Source: Treponemataceae bacterium
GTDB lineage: Bacteria; Spirochaetota; Spirochaetia; Treponematales; Rectinemataceae
DNA length: 64,000 nucleotides
Assembly (NCBI GenBank): GCA_963677895.2
Contig: CAXXGJ010000006.1
Coordinates: forward strand, 128,001-192,000
Direction of reading: 5' to 3'
Shown: positions 20,597-29,954 of the stretch, piece by piece
Numbering within the stretch: the stretch's first letter is position 1
Layout of the letters: every line of letters starts with the position of its first letter
The notes under the pieces: model-generated
Seen by the model: only the letters and a program-made list of their open reading frames with translations
What the model was told of the DNA's origin: nothing
Databases searched by the model: none
Position numbers and translations under genes: made by a program

Positions 20597-21223
20597 TCAG
20601 CTGTACCTTTTGCCGTATCGAGCCAGGAAGGTTGAAATAATCTCCCGCTTTAGCTCCGCGGTCCTTGGATCAAGCAGCCCTCCCTGGTATACCGACGGCC
20701 AGGTAAAAGCCCCACCCATCATAGCGGTAAAAACTCGCGAAGCCAACTCGGGATCGTCGGCGACCAGCTTGCCGTCAAGCGCAGCGGCGCGCATCCAGGC
20801 AGTCAAGCTGCTTTCGGAACTGGAATGCTTTGCCACCGCTTCCTTAGCCGTTTCAGGAAAGTTGATGAAGACTGAGAGCAATAACTTAATCTGCCCCATC
20901 CACTTTGGACTTTGGGCGACCATAATCTCGGCATCGACAAAATCTCCGAGCTGATCTTCAATGTTACGACGGTTGTCATAGGAAATATTTTTAATCGCCT
21001 TCATCTCCTGGTTAAACTGTTCCAAGACGGCGCGGAAAAGATCTTCCTTGCTTTGGAAATGATTGTAGACAGTTCTTTTCGACGCCTTAGCCGCCTCTGA
21101 GATACGGTCCATGCTTGAATTCTCATAACCCACATCAGAAAAAACCTGAATCGCCGCTTCGAGGATGGAATTTCTCTTGTCACTCGTGTCCCGTTTCTTT
21201 CTAGCATTTCCTGGGCCAATCAT
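20597..21223 (-). CDS. TetR/AcrR family transcriptional regulator
   Basis: ILEAAIQVF...SMDRISEAAKASKRTVYNHFQSKEDLF. Confidence 0.92.
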   Translation of the reverse strand: MIGPGNARKKRDTSDKRNSILEAAIQVFSDVGYENSSMDRISEAAKASKRTVYNHFQSKEDLFRAVLEQFNQEMKAIKNISYDNRRNIEDQLGDFVDAEIMVAQSPKWMGQIKLLLSVFINFPETAKEAVAKHSSSESSLTAWMRAAALDGKLVADDPELASRVFTAMMGGAFTWPSVYQGGLLDPRTAELKREIISTFLARYGKRYS

Positions 21224-21241
21224 CAGCAGAACCTCGCAGAT

Positions 21242-21299
21242 TTAAATTAAACTCGTCGGTGTAATTTAATTGACATTAATTACACTACTCGGTATAGTA
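21242..21299 (+). promoter_or_regulatory. Sigma70 promoter overlapped by two imperfect inverted repeats (putative TetR operators)
   Basis: TTGACA (21270)-N17-TATAGT (21293); TAAATTAAACT-N4-GGTGTAATTTA and AATTACACT-N4-GGTATAGTA. Confidence 0.65.
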
Positions 21300-21352
21300 T
21301 ACCATAAACGCCCGGCCTAAGCCAGTACATAGGGCGATACAGGAGGATACAT

Positions 21353-22021
21353 ATGAATGAATTGAATCTTTACGTGAGCCAGAAGAGAAAGGCCAGGCTT
21401 GCCGGGATCGGATGGACGATAGTTGCATTTGCGGCATGGCCCGACATGGTTCGCAAAACACTCTTTGTTCCCGGGGATGCGGTAGCCACTGGCCGGAATA
21501 TCCTGGTCAACAACCTACTATTCAGGATGAGCATATTGGGGGACATTGCTACGGAGATTGCCTTTCTACTTACGGCTCTAATCCTATTCGACCTGCTCCG
21601 GGAAGCCGGTAAAACAGCCGCGCGGGCGATGTTGTCCATGGTAGTGATAGCCGTCACAATGGCAATTCTAAAGACAGGAGCCGAGCTTGCGGCGCTCAAT
21701 TTCTTCGAGGCTAACGACCCGGCCCATGGCAACCTACTGATTGAATTGTTCCAAGCTTCCGCCGTCCCCACTTCGGTATTCTTCGGACTTTGGATGCTAC
21801 CGCTCGGTTATCTATTCTTTGTCTCAGGCTTCATGCCAAAAGCCTTGGGAGTTTTCCTCATGATAGGGAGCACAGGATAGGTCATCCATTCGACGCTGAG
21901 GATAATAGCGCCGGCCGTATCCGAGCAAGCCATACTTCTGTCTGTCGTCGCGGAAGTCACAACTATCGCCTGGTTACTGGTTGCAGGCGTACGCCGGCCC
22001 AAGGCAGCCGGCAGCATATGA
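21353..22021 (+). pseudogene. DUF4386-like membrane protein with an internal amber stop at 21878-21880
   Basis: The frame continues after TAG (VIHSTLRII...AEVTTIAWLLVAG) to TGA 22019-22021, which overlaps the next ATG. Confidence 0.75.
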
Positions 22022-22548
22022 GCCGTACGATGATTATGTGCAGAAATACTGCGTTGGCGTTCGCGATTTTCGCTGCCTTTGCCTTCGCCATCCCAGGGCA
22101 GCTTTTTGCCCATACGGGAGGGGCAGGCGGCAGCCTGGATTTTTCGGTAGGCGATATATGCCAGATGGTCGGCGGCGCAGTCGCCCTAGGCTTTGGGCTG
22201 TGGCACTTTGCCGTTCCAAGCATCTACGGCTGGCAATCCTACGTTCCCGACGCGCCCAAATCTCTTGTAGACGCCGTTGCTGCGACCAACTTCTTCTTCA
22301 GCCTTTCCCTAAGCCTGTTCGGGGCAACCAACGTCGTCGCGCCATTTATCGCCGACTCGTCAAATCCCGAGCGCCGCTCTTGGCTATGGGTCAATGTAGG
22401 GCTGTGGACTACCCGAGCCTTGTATCAGATTATAAAGCCACAGGGAACCCACAACGCTGCATTGCAATGGGGAATGACAGGAGCCTTTGTCGTCACAGAC
22501 CTGCTGTTCCTCGTTGCGGCTCTTGAGGCGACTATTGTGGTTAGATGA
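22018..22548 (+). CDS. Hypothetical membrane protein
   Basis: ATGA-coupled start, signal-like N-terminus and about 4 TM segments. Confidence 0.6.
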   Translation: MSRTMIMCRNTALAFAIFAAFAFAIPGQLFAHTGGAGGSLDFSVGDICQMVGGAVALGFGLWHFAVPSIYGWQSYVPDAPKSLVDAVAATNFFFSLSLSLFGATNVVAPFIADSSNPERRSWLWVNVGLWTTRALYQIIKPQGTHNAALQWGMTGAFVVTDLLFLVAALEATIVVR

Positions 22549-22644
22549 CCGGAAAGCAGACAAGCTCGAGAAGCGGGTTCGACTCCCGTCGGTCGCTCTA
22601 GTTTTTTCGAATCCTGGAGCAGGATTGAACCCCTTAGCCACCAG

Positions 22645-22673
22645 AAAAAAGCCGCTTTTATAGGCGGCTTTTT
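22645..22673. terminator. Bidirectional intrinsic terminator
   Basis: aaaaaagccgc...gcggcttttt between convergent units. Confidence 0.75.
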
Positions 22674-22676
22674 GTT

Positions 22677-24167
22677 TTATTGGGCTTTGTTTTTTTTCTT
22701 CGTAAGCAGGGGATAGAAAAAACCAAGAAGAGACACGATGAGAATGACAAGCGAAATCGGCCTGGTCACGAAACCCGCCCAGCTTCCATCGCCGATGATG
22801 AGCTGCTTCCGGAGCGAGTTTTCCGCGATGCCGCCCAAAATGAGTCCGAGAATGAATGCCGATGACGAGTATTTGAAGTGGTTGAAGAGAAATCCGATGA
22901 TGCTGAACGCGAACATGATGAGCACATCGTAGAAGGAATTTTGAAGCGCGTAGGCGCCGACCACGCCGAGTGCGATGATCAAGGTGCCGAGAAGGGGATA
23001 AGGCAGCTTGAGGACGCGGGCGAACTCCCTCGTGATGAAGCGGCCGCCTACAAAAAGCAGTATTGAGGCCAGCAAGATGCCGATGAATACCGCGTAGAGG
23101 AGGATCGGCTGCTCCCTCAAGAGAAGAGGGCCGGGCCTGAGGCCGTGGATCATGAAAGCCGCCATTATGACGGCCGCCGTCGGGCTGCCGGGGATGCCGA
23201 GCACCATAGTCGGCACCATAGCGCCGCCGACGGCGGCGTTGTTGGCCGACTCGGGAGCGGCGACACCCTCGGGTTCGCCCTTGCCGAATTTTTCGGGCGT
23301 CTTGCTCGATCGTACGGCTTCACCGTAAGAGACAAGGGCGGCGATGGAGCCGCCGGCGGCGGGAATGATGCCGATGATCGTGCCGATAATGGATGATTTG
23401 ATCAGCGTCTTCCACATCTTGAGCATCTCGGAAAACTTGACGATCTCCATGGAGATCTTGCCTTTGGCGGTTAGCTCGGAGGAAGTCTTGCCATATTCAT
23501 CGGCGATGGTCCGATACACTTCCGCGACCGCGAATACGCCGATCATGACAGGGATATAGCTGACGCCGTTCATGAGGAAGGGCTGGTCAAAGACAAAGCG
23601 GTTTATTCCGTTTATTGGGTCAATGCCGATCGTCGAGAAAAGGAGGCCGAGGACTGCGGCGAGCATCGCTTTAACCTGATCCTTGCCGCCTATGCTCGTG
23701 ATGCAACTAAGGCCCATCAGAGCCAGCATCAGGTATTCGGCGCTCTGGAAGCGTAGGGCGAGCGTGGCCAGGAGAGGCGCCGCTATGACCATACAGAAAG
23801 CCGAAAAAATGCCCCCAAACGAGGAAGCCGAGATAGCGATGCCGAGCGCCTTGCCAGCCTGCCCTTTCTGGGCCATGGGATGGCCGTCGAAGACCGTGGC
23901 GACCGCCTCTGGCGTGCCCGGTATCTTGAGGAGTATGGCGGAAATCGATCCGCCGGCCGCCCCGCCTATATAGACGGCAACCAGAGTGACGATGGCCGAC
24001 ACAGGTTCCATGGCGTACGTGAAGGGCAGAAGGAGAATGATCGCCATCGAGGAACTTATGCCGGGCAAAGCGCCGCAGATCATTCCAAAGAAGGTACCCG
24101 CCACGACGAGGAGAAGGTTGAGCGGTTGCATTATGACATAACTGAGAGCTTGAATAAAATTTTGCAT
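22677..24167 (-). CDS. tctA: Tripartite tricarboxylate transporter large subunit
   Basis: GALPGIS, IPGTP, DGHPMAQKG, APESANNA, LGIPGS. Confidence 0.92.
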   Translation of the reverse strand: MQNFIQALSYVIMQPLNLLLVVAGTFFGMICGALPGISSSMAIILLLPFTYAMEPVSAIVTLVAVYIGGAAGGSISAILLKIPGTPEAVATVFDGHPMAQKGQAGKALGIAISASSFGGIFSAFCMVIAAPLLATLALRFQSAEYLMLALMGLSCITSIGGKDQVKAMLAAVLGLLFSTIGIDPINGINRFVFDQPFLMNGVSYIPVMIGVFAVAEVYRTIADEYGKTSSELTAKGKISMEIVKFSEMLKMWKTLIKSSIIGTIIGIIPAAGGSIAALVSYGEAVRSSKTPEKFGKGEPEGVAAPESANNAAVGGAMVPTMVLGIPGSPTAAVIMAAFMIHGLRPGPLLLREQPILLYAVFIGILLASILLFVGGRFITREFARVLKLPYPLLGTLIIALGVVGAYALQNSFYDVLIMFAFSIIGFLFNHFKYSSSAFILGLILGGIAENSLRKQLIIGDGSWAGFVTRPISLVILIVSLLGFFYPLLTKKKNKAQ

Positions 24168-24186
24168 GCGTGTTTCCTTCCCGTCG

Positions 24187-24666
24187 TCAATACAACAGGT
24201 AGCTGAGCTCTTTGAGGATTCCGACTCCGCGTGGGAGGGGAACGAAAAAGGCCTTTCCAAAGAGGAGGAAGAGCCCCGCTGTCGTCAAGAAGGAAAACAG
24301 GACGAGCTTTCCAGGTTTGCGGTAGCCCGTGACCCTCGCAGCGACAAAGGAGTAGATTAAGGTGGACAGGATGAAGCCAAAGAGGTTCATCACCGCGAGG
24401 TAGATGGCAAGGACCAAAGCGTTCAACGCTATGGCTTTTCCTTCAGGCGTGGATAGATCGAGGAGTTTCTCGCCTGTCTTCTTCTTGTTCTTCAGCTGCT
24501 TCAGGAGCAGTATGATGCACAGCATAAAACCGAGCGCGCACATAATGAGGGGAAATCCCCCCGCGCCCAGTTGGTCGCCGACGATGGTTTCCTTGGGCAT
24601 GCCGAGCGAGAGTACCGCTGCGATCCCGAGAAAGCCCATGATGCACAATGTAAATACTACTTCCAT
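24187..24666 (-). CDS. tctB: Tripartite tricarboxylate transporter small subunit
   Basis: Four TM helices, FP motif, VPLPRG C-terminus; lies between tctC and tctA. Confidence 0.85.
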   Translation of the reverse strand: MEVVFTLCIMGFLGIAAVLSLGMPKETIVGDQLGAGGFPLIMCALGFMLCIILLLKQLKNKKKTGEKLLDLSTPEGKAIALNALVLAIYLAVMNLFGFILSTLIYSFVAARVTGYRKPGKLVLFSFLTTAGLFLLFGKAFFVPLPRGVGILKELSYLLY

Positions 24667-24759
24667 GCCCTAGCCTCCTGCGCCCTGCCGCCTACGCAGG
24701 CTGGGCCTTTCATGCGTGACAAGCGCGCCCCGTCAAAGAGGCGCGCCCAAAACTTTGTC

Positions 24760-25743
24760 TTATTTCAACAGTCCCATTTTCTTGAAGATTTGGACATAGC
24801 CGTTGTACTCGTCGTCCCATATCTTCCTGAACTCATCGGCCTTGGCGTAGCCGGGGCGGATATTCGTCATTTCCTTCTCTTCCATATCTTTGTAACCCTG
24901 GGTCTCGTAGGCTTTCTGCATGGCGTCGATGAGGATTTGCTTGATCTCGGGGGGCGTGCCTTTCTTCACGCAGAAACCGCGCCAGGATCCTTGCGTGAAG
25001 TTGATGCCGAGTTCGACGGTGCAGGGCGTATCCTTCAGAGAGGGAACCTGCGTCAGGCGGATGTCGTTCAGAACGACAAGGGGCCTGATATCGCCGGAGT
25101 CGACGATGGGGAGGAAAGAGATGAGCTTGTCCTGGTAGACATCGAGCTCGCCGCCGAGCACGGCTGCCTTGATCTCGGATCCGGACTTGTATGGAACATA
25201 GATCCAGTCAATTCCCGCGGCGTCGGCCAGGCCGTTCGCGATGTAGTCGTCAAGTCCGCCCGGCGACAAGCCGCCGATCTTGAGCTTCTTGCCGGGATTG
25301 GCCTTGGCGTAGTCGACAAGTTCCTTGAAGCTCTTGAACTTCGAGTTCTTCGCGACGCCGATGCACTGAAGATCGGATTGGACGCGCAGAAGCGGCTCAA
25401 AGTTTTCGCGGAACTTTATCGGGCTCTTTTTGAGAGCCTCAATGATCAGCAGGGAGGGCGTGATTTCAAGGATTGTGTAACCATCCGCGCTCTGGTTGTA
25501 GGCGTAGGTCATGCCTTCGATGGTACCGGCCGCGCCCTTGTTGATCGAGTTGATGGGTTTCCCCAGGAATTTTTCGGTCAGCTGGCTGTACTGGCGCGCG
25601 AAGATATCGCTAGCGCCGCCCGCGCCGAAGGGAATCACCATTTCGATGGGCCTTTTCGGAAAATCGACTTTCTTCGCCTGGGCACCGATGCCCATCGCCA
25701 CGGCGATGAGAACCATGATCGCAATCGCTGTTCGTTTCATCAC
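24760..25743 (-). CDS. tctC: Tripartite tricarboxylate transporter substrate-binding protein (Bug/TctC)
   Basis: FPKRPIEMVIPFGAGGASD, DGYTI, YVPYKSG. Confidence 0.92.
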   Translation of the reverse strand: MMKRTAIAIMVLIAVAMGIGAQAKKVDFPKRPIEMVIPFGAGGASDIFARQYSQLTEKFLGKPINSINKGAAGTIEGMTYAYNQSADGYTILEITPSLLIIEALKKSPIKFRENFEPLLRVQSDLQCIGVAKNSKFKSFKELVDYAKANPGKKLKIGGLSPGGLDDYIANGLADAAGIDWIYVPYKSGSEIKAAVLGGELDVYQDKLISFLPIVDSGDIRPLVVLNDIRLTQVPSLKDTPCTVELGINFTQGSWRGFCVKKGTPPEIKQILIDAMQKAYETQGYKDMEEKEMTNIRPGYAKADEFRKIWDDEYNGYVQIFKKMGLLK

Positions 25744-25755
25744 TTTCCTCCTGTA

Positions 25756-26895
25756 TTACCTATAAAATGCGGTCCCACTCATGATAAGCCTGGCCGTCCG
25801 GAATCCATAAGCCCAAGGAATCGTCAGGGAACCATCTTCCCCGCGTTCCTTATCCACGCCCGCCTGAATGATGCCGCCGGGATGACCGATGCGAATGTTC
25901 CGGGGATCGAAGCCGGGCCTGGCTGCCCCCCACACCACCGATCCCTCGATCACCGCCGCCGCCGCCGTGCAGACAGCCCCGGTGAGCGCGTAGCTCTTGT
26001 GGGTCTTCTGCATCGACATCATTCGCCCGAGGAAGTCAATCTCGTCGGCGCGAACGAGCTCCCCGCTCGACGTCCTGTAATCCTTGGCCCTGGCGACAAT
26101 AGTCATCTTGGGCACCGCGGGGGAGAGAGCCGCGGCGGTCCTGGGATCCTTCACAAAACCCAGCCTGTAGGCCGCCATCCCCCGGATATTCTCAAGCAAG
26201 GCCAGGGATTCGGGGTTCCCGTCGATATCCTCGGGGAGCTCGCTGCCCGAGAAGCCGATGTCGATAGCCCTGACGAAGACGAGCGGATTCGCGGCGTCGA
26301 CAATCGATACTTCCAGCTTTCCAATACCTTCCACCTCGAGGAAATCCGAAACGTTCCCGGTCGGAAGAAGGGCACCTGTCACCGATCCGGCCGGATTCCT
26401 GAACGCGAGCTTGATCATGGCGGATGTGCCAGGGACGCCCGAAATGGCGAAGTCCCCGTCATAAGCTACTTTCCCGCCAGGCGTCGCGACATGGGAGTAG
26501 ATCACTTTCTTCGTATTTGTATTGTAGATGCGGACTACCGTTTCGGGGTCAGAAAGGGAAGCCAGGCCCATTTCAAGCGCGTAGGGCCCCACAGCGGACG
26601 AGATGTTGCCGCAGTTGCCTTTGTAATCCACGAAGGGCCTGTCGATCGAAACCTGGGCGAAGGTGTAGTTCACGTCAGCCTCGATCCCGTCGGCCTTGGA
26701 GATGATAGCCACCTTGCTCGTGGTGGATACGGCGCCGCCCAACCCATCGATCTGCCTCAGATCGGGGCTCCCCATCAACTTCAGCAGCAATTGGTCTCGG
26801 GCGGCGCCGGAGGGAGGAATATCTTCCTCGCGCAGGAAGACACCCTTGCTTGTCCCGCCCCTGAATATCGTGCATGGAATCGAATGCAGCATCAT
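25756..26895 (-). CDS. PrpF family (aconitate/methylaconitate-type) isomerase
   Basis: RGGTSKG, QIDGLGG...TSK, GNCGN, HPGG, RTARLIMSG. Confidence 0.9.
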   Translation of the reverse strand: MMLHSIPCTIFRGGTSKGVFLREEDIPPSGAARDQLLLKLMGSPDLRQIDGLGGAVSTTSKVAIISKADGIEADVNYTFAQVSIDRPFVDYKGNCGNISSAVGPYALEMGLASLSDPETVVRIYNTNTKKVIYSHVATPGGKVAYDGDFAISGVPGTSAMIKLAFRNPAGSVTGALLPTGNVSDFLEVEGIGKLEVSIVDAANPLVFVRAIDIGFSGSELPEDIDGNPESLALLENIRGMAAYRLGFVKDPRTAAALSPAVPKMTIVARAKDYRTSSGELVRADEIDFLGRMMSMQKTHKSYALTGAVCTAAAAVIEGSVVWGAARPGFDPRNIRIGHPGGIIQAGVDKERGEDGSLTIPWAYGFRTARLIMSGTAFYR

Positions 26896-28838
26896 GCCTC
26901 CCGTTTTTTCGCGTTCAAGCCAGCGGCGTAATTGAGGGCACCGCCCGCCAGCACTATGGCCCTCTGCCGAGCCGTAAGCGCGCATTCGGCGTATATCACT
27001 TTCCCCGACCGCTCATTTCTCACGGCTATTCTTTCATTCTCTATTTGTGAATGTACGTTTTCGATCAGGAGTTCGTCGCCAGCCTCGAACCCTTCCCAGT
27101 CGGCCTGATCTCCGAACGTGAGCATGAGGATGCCGAAGTTGACGAGATTGGCCGCGTGAATTCGTTCGACGCTCTTGGCGAGAAGAAGCCGGACACCGAG
27201 GTACATTGGACAAAGCGCCGCATGCTCCCGCGAGGAGCCCTGGCCGTAGCTCTGCCCGGCCACGATCGCCGAAGCGAAACCCGCGCTGGCGTTCGCCTTG
27301 CAGAGTTCGGCGAAACGCGGTTCCACGTCGCGGAAAGCGAACTGGGCATACTTCGGAACGTTGGAGCGATACTTCAATAGGGAACCTGCCGGCATGATGT
27401 GGTCGGTCGTGATCTTATCGCCGACCTTGACCGCGACTTTGCAGCGCAGGGTTCCGGGCATCGGCGTATTCGCCGGGGGCGGGCCGATATTGGGTCCGCG
27501 GAAGACCTCCGTCGAAGGCGAGAGGCTGGGAAGGATAACCATTCCGTCGTCCGCAGGGTAGTTTTCCGGAACGCTGTAGGCCGGAAAAGGGATCCCGAGG
27601 TCGCGAGGATCGGTGATCCGGCCAGTAATGGCCGAGGCCACGGCGGTTTCAGGGCTCGCCAGGAAGACCGAGGCATCGAGCGTCCCGCTTCTCCCCAAGA
27701 AATTCCGGTTGCTCGTCCGCACCGAGACGGAACCCGTTCGCGGGGCCTGACCGCAGCCTACGCAGAAACCGCAGGCTACCTCGAGGATGCGCGCGCCAGC
27801 CGCGACGATATCGCCCAAAAAACCATCGCGAGCCGCCATCGCGAGGACCTGTCGCGAACCCGGCGCCACGCCAAAACTCACGTTGGGATGAATCTTCCTG
27901 CCGCGCAGCATGCCGGCGACTACCGCGAGGTCGCGGTACGAGGAATTGGTGCAGCTGCCGACAAGGACCTGGTCAACGGCCAGGCCGGCGACTTCGCGAA
28001 CGGTCTTCACATTGTCCGGGGAATGAGGGCAGGCAATCATCGGGTCGATGGATCCGAGATCCAGCTCGATTGTTCGGTCGTAGTTCGCGTCCGGGTCGGG
28101 AGCCAGCGCCAGCCAATCGGCCTCACGTCCCTGAGCCTGAAAAAACGCGTGCGTCGTCCCGTCGCTCGGAAAGATAGAAGTGGTAACGCCGAGTTCGGTG
28201 CCCATATTGGCGATAGTGGCGCGTTCCGGGACGTTTAAGCTGTCGAGGCCGGGCCCCGAGTATTCGAGCGCTGTCCCCACGTTGCCTTTTGTCGTCAGCA
28301 TCCGAAGAATATGAAGGATGACATCCTTCGCCGAACTCCATTCGGGAAGCTTCCCTCTCAATTCTATTCTCACAATCTTGGGATATCTGAAAAAATATGG
28401 CCCACCCGCCATGGCAGTCGCGACATCCAAGCCCCCGACGCCCATCGCCAGCATGCCGACAGCCCCGCAGGTGGGAGTATGGCTGTCGGATCCCACAAGC
28501 GTGAGCCCCGGTCTGCTGAAGCGCTCCAAGTGAACCTGGTGGCAGATGCCGTTTCCGGCTTTTGAGTATTTTATGCCATATCGGTCGGCCACGGTCTGCA
28601 GATAGCGGTGATCGTCCGCGTTCTCGTAGCCGTCCTGAAGGGTGTTGTGGTCAACGTAAGAGATCGAATCCGTCACGACCCGCTCTATGCCCATCGCTTC
28701 GAACTGGAGGTATGCCATCGTTCCCAGCGCGTCCTGAGTGAGTGTCTGATCGATTCTGATGCCAATTTCCTCGCCCGCTTCCATGATCCCGGATTCAAGA
28801 TGTGATGCGACGAGCTTCTCTAAAAGGTTCTTTCCCAT
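26892..28838 (-). CDS. Aconitate hydratase (single-chain aconitase family)
   Basis: QDALGT, DHN, GICHQVHLE, DSHT, GSCTN, CGFCVG, NRNF, TTDHI, YGQGSSREHA. Confidence 0.92.
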   Translation of the reverse strand: MGKNLLEKLVASHLESGIMEAGEEIGIRIDQTLTQDALGTMAYLQFEAMGIERVVTDSISYVDHNTLQDGYENADDHRYLQTVADRYGIKYSKAGNGICHQVHLERFSRPGLTLVGSDSHTPTCGAVGMLAMGVGGLDVATAMAGGPYFFRYPKIVRIELRGKLPEWSSAKDVILHILRMLTTKGNVGTALEYSGPGLDSLNVPERATIANMGTELGVTTSIFPSDGTTHAFFQAQGREADWLALAPDPDANYDRTIELDLGSIDPMIACPHSPDNVKTVREVAGLAVDQVLVGSCTNSSYRDLAVVAGMLRGRKIHPNVSFGVAPGSRQVLAMAARDGFLGDIVAAGARILEVACGFCVGCGQAPRTGSVSVRTSNRNFLGRSGTLDASVFLASPETAVASAITGRITDPRDLGIPFPAYSVPENYPADDGMVILPSLSPSTEVFRGPNIGPPPANTPMPGTLRCKVAVKVGDKITTDHIMPAGSLLKYRSNVPKYAQFAFRDVEPRFAELCKANASAGFASAIVAGQSYGQGSSREHAALCPMYLGVRLLLAKSVERIHAANLVNFGILMLTFGDQADWEGFEAGDELLIENVHSQIENERIAVRNERSGKVIYAECALTARQRAIVLAGGALNYAAGLNAKKREA

Positions 28839-28929
28839 AACTGCGCAAATCTTCCTTTGTTTGGTGTATCCCAGTAGAAAAAATCCTAACATTGCTTTTC
28901 CGATAAGAATAATATTTTAATTTTATCTT

Positions 28930-28954
28930 TTATGATAAAATAATTTTATCATAA
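28930..28954. promoter_or_regulatory. Palindromic LysR-type operator containing ATAA-N7-TTAT
   Basis: ttatgataaaa-taa-ttttatcataa between the divergent aconitase and LysR genes. Confidence 0.7.
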
Positions 28955-29026
28955 CAAATAAAGGCCAGCTTTTCCTGCTCGCGCCAGGGAACAGTCAGCC
29001 ACCATCACCCGTCCGAAGGAGAAACT

Positions 29027-29941
29027 ATGAACGACCGAGACTGGGTTTTGCTCACGACGATAGCCAAGGAACGCAATGTTACGCGAGCCGCTGAACGTCT
29101 TTACCTATCGCAGCCCGCCCTCACCTACAGGATCAGGCTTCTGGAAGCCGAATTCGGCGCCAAACTCCTCATACGCACACCCAGCGGAGTCATCCCCACA
29201 CCCCAGGGCGAGTTTCTTGTGGAATACGCGAACGAGATGCTCCTCCGGCTCACCCGAACGAAAGAACGCCTCGCCAGTTTCGAAGATCAGGTAAAAGGCC
29301 CACTGCGCATCGGGAGTTCGGCGATTTTCGCCTATTACGAGCTTCCCCAGCTCCTGAAGGTTTTTTTGGAGCTATTCCCGGAAGTGGAGATATTCCTTAA
29401 GACCGGCAGAAGCAACCAGGTGGTCCGGATGCTCGAGCAGGAGGAAGTCGCGGTCGCGATTGTTCGAGGGAATCATGAGTGGAAATACGATATGCATCTG
29501 CTGTGCGAGGAACCTATATGCCTTGTCTCCAGCAGGTCCATGGAGATAAGCGAACTCCCCGACAAGCCGCGCATCATCTATGGGACCGATACCTCCCTGC
29601 AAGGCATGGTCGAAGAATGGTGGCGAGCCACTTTCTCCCGCCCCTCGCACGACAGCATGGCCGTCGATGCCATGGACACCTGCCGCAGAATGGTACTTCA
29701 GGGGCTCGGCTGGGCTATCCTGCCCTCGATCGGTCTGCGCGAGCTCGACGAACTCCATACCCAACCCCTTTTCTGGCCGGACGGCAAACCGCTTACCAGA
29801 AAGACATGGCTATGCTGCGCTCCCTACGCCACGGAACTGCCCGCCCTGCGTCAATTCGTAGCCTTCGTGATAGGCGAATTCGCAGCGCGCGTGCCGTATG
29901 GCATCCCGAAAAGCAAGGCTGGTTCAAACATTTCCATATGA
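29027..29941 (+). CDS. LysR family transcriptional regulator (CcpC/CitR-like context)
   Basis: NVTRAAERLYLSQPALTYRI HTH; divergent from aconitase. Confidence 0.9.
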   Translation: MNDRDWVLLTTIAKERNVTRAAERLYLSQPALTYRIRLLEAEFGAKLLIRTPSGVIPTPQGEFLVEYANEMLLRLTRTKERLASFEDQVKGPLRIGSSAIFAYYELPQLLKVFLELFPEVEIFLKTGRSNQVVRMLEQEEVAVAIVRGNHEWKYDMHLLCEEPICLVSSRSMEISELPDKPRIIYGTDTSLQGMVEEWWRATFSRPSHDSMAVDAMDTCRRMVLQGLGWAILPSIGLRELDELHTQPLFWPDGKPLTRKTWLCCAPYATELPALRQFVAFVIGEFAARVPYGIPKSKAGSNISI

Positions 29942-29954
29942 TCGTCGCCGCGGG

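Larger units (their letters stand above)
19427..22600. mobile_element. Decayed tRNA-Gly-integrated islet bounded by a 40-bp direct repeat (attL/attR)
   Basis: caagctcgagaagcgggttcgactcccgtcggtcgctcta occurs at 19427-19466 and at 22561-22600; an integrase-like stub follows the tRNA. Confidence 0.88.

Noticed and set aside
21878..21880. Pyrrolysine or programmed amber read-through
   Set aside because: No pyl genes are in the window, and a single Tyr-to-stop point mutation in a decaying islet is simpler.
22561..22600. Second tRNA-Gly gene
   Set aside because: Only the 3' 40 nt are present, with no 5' acceptor strand, D arm or full anticodon. It is an att repeat.
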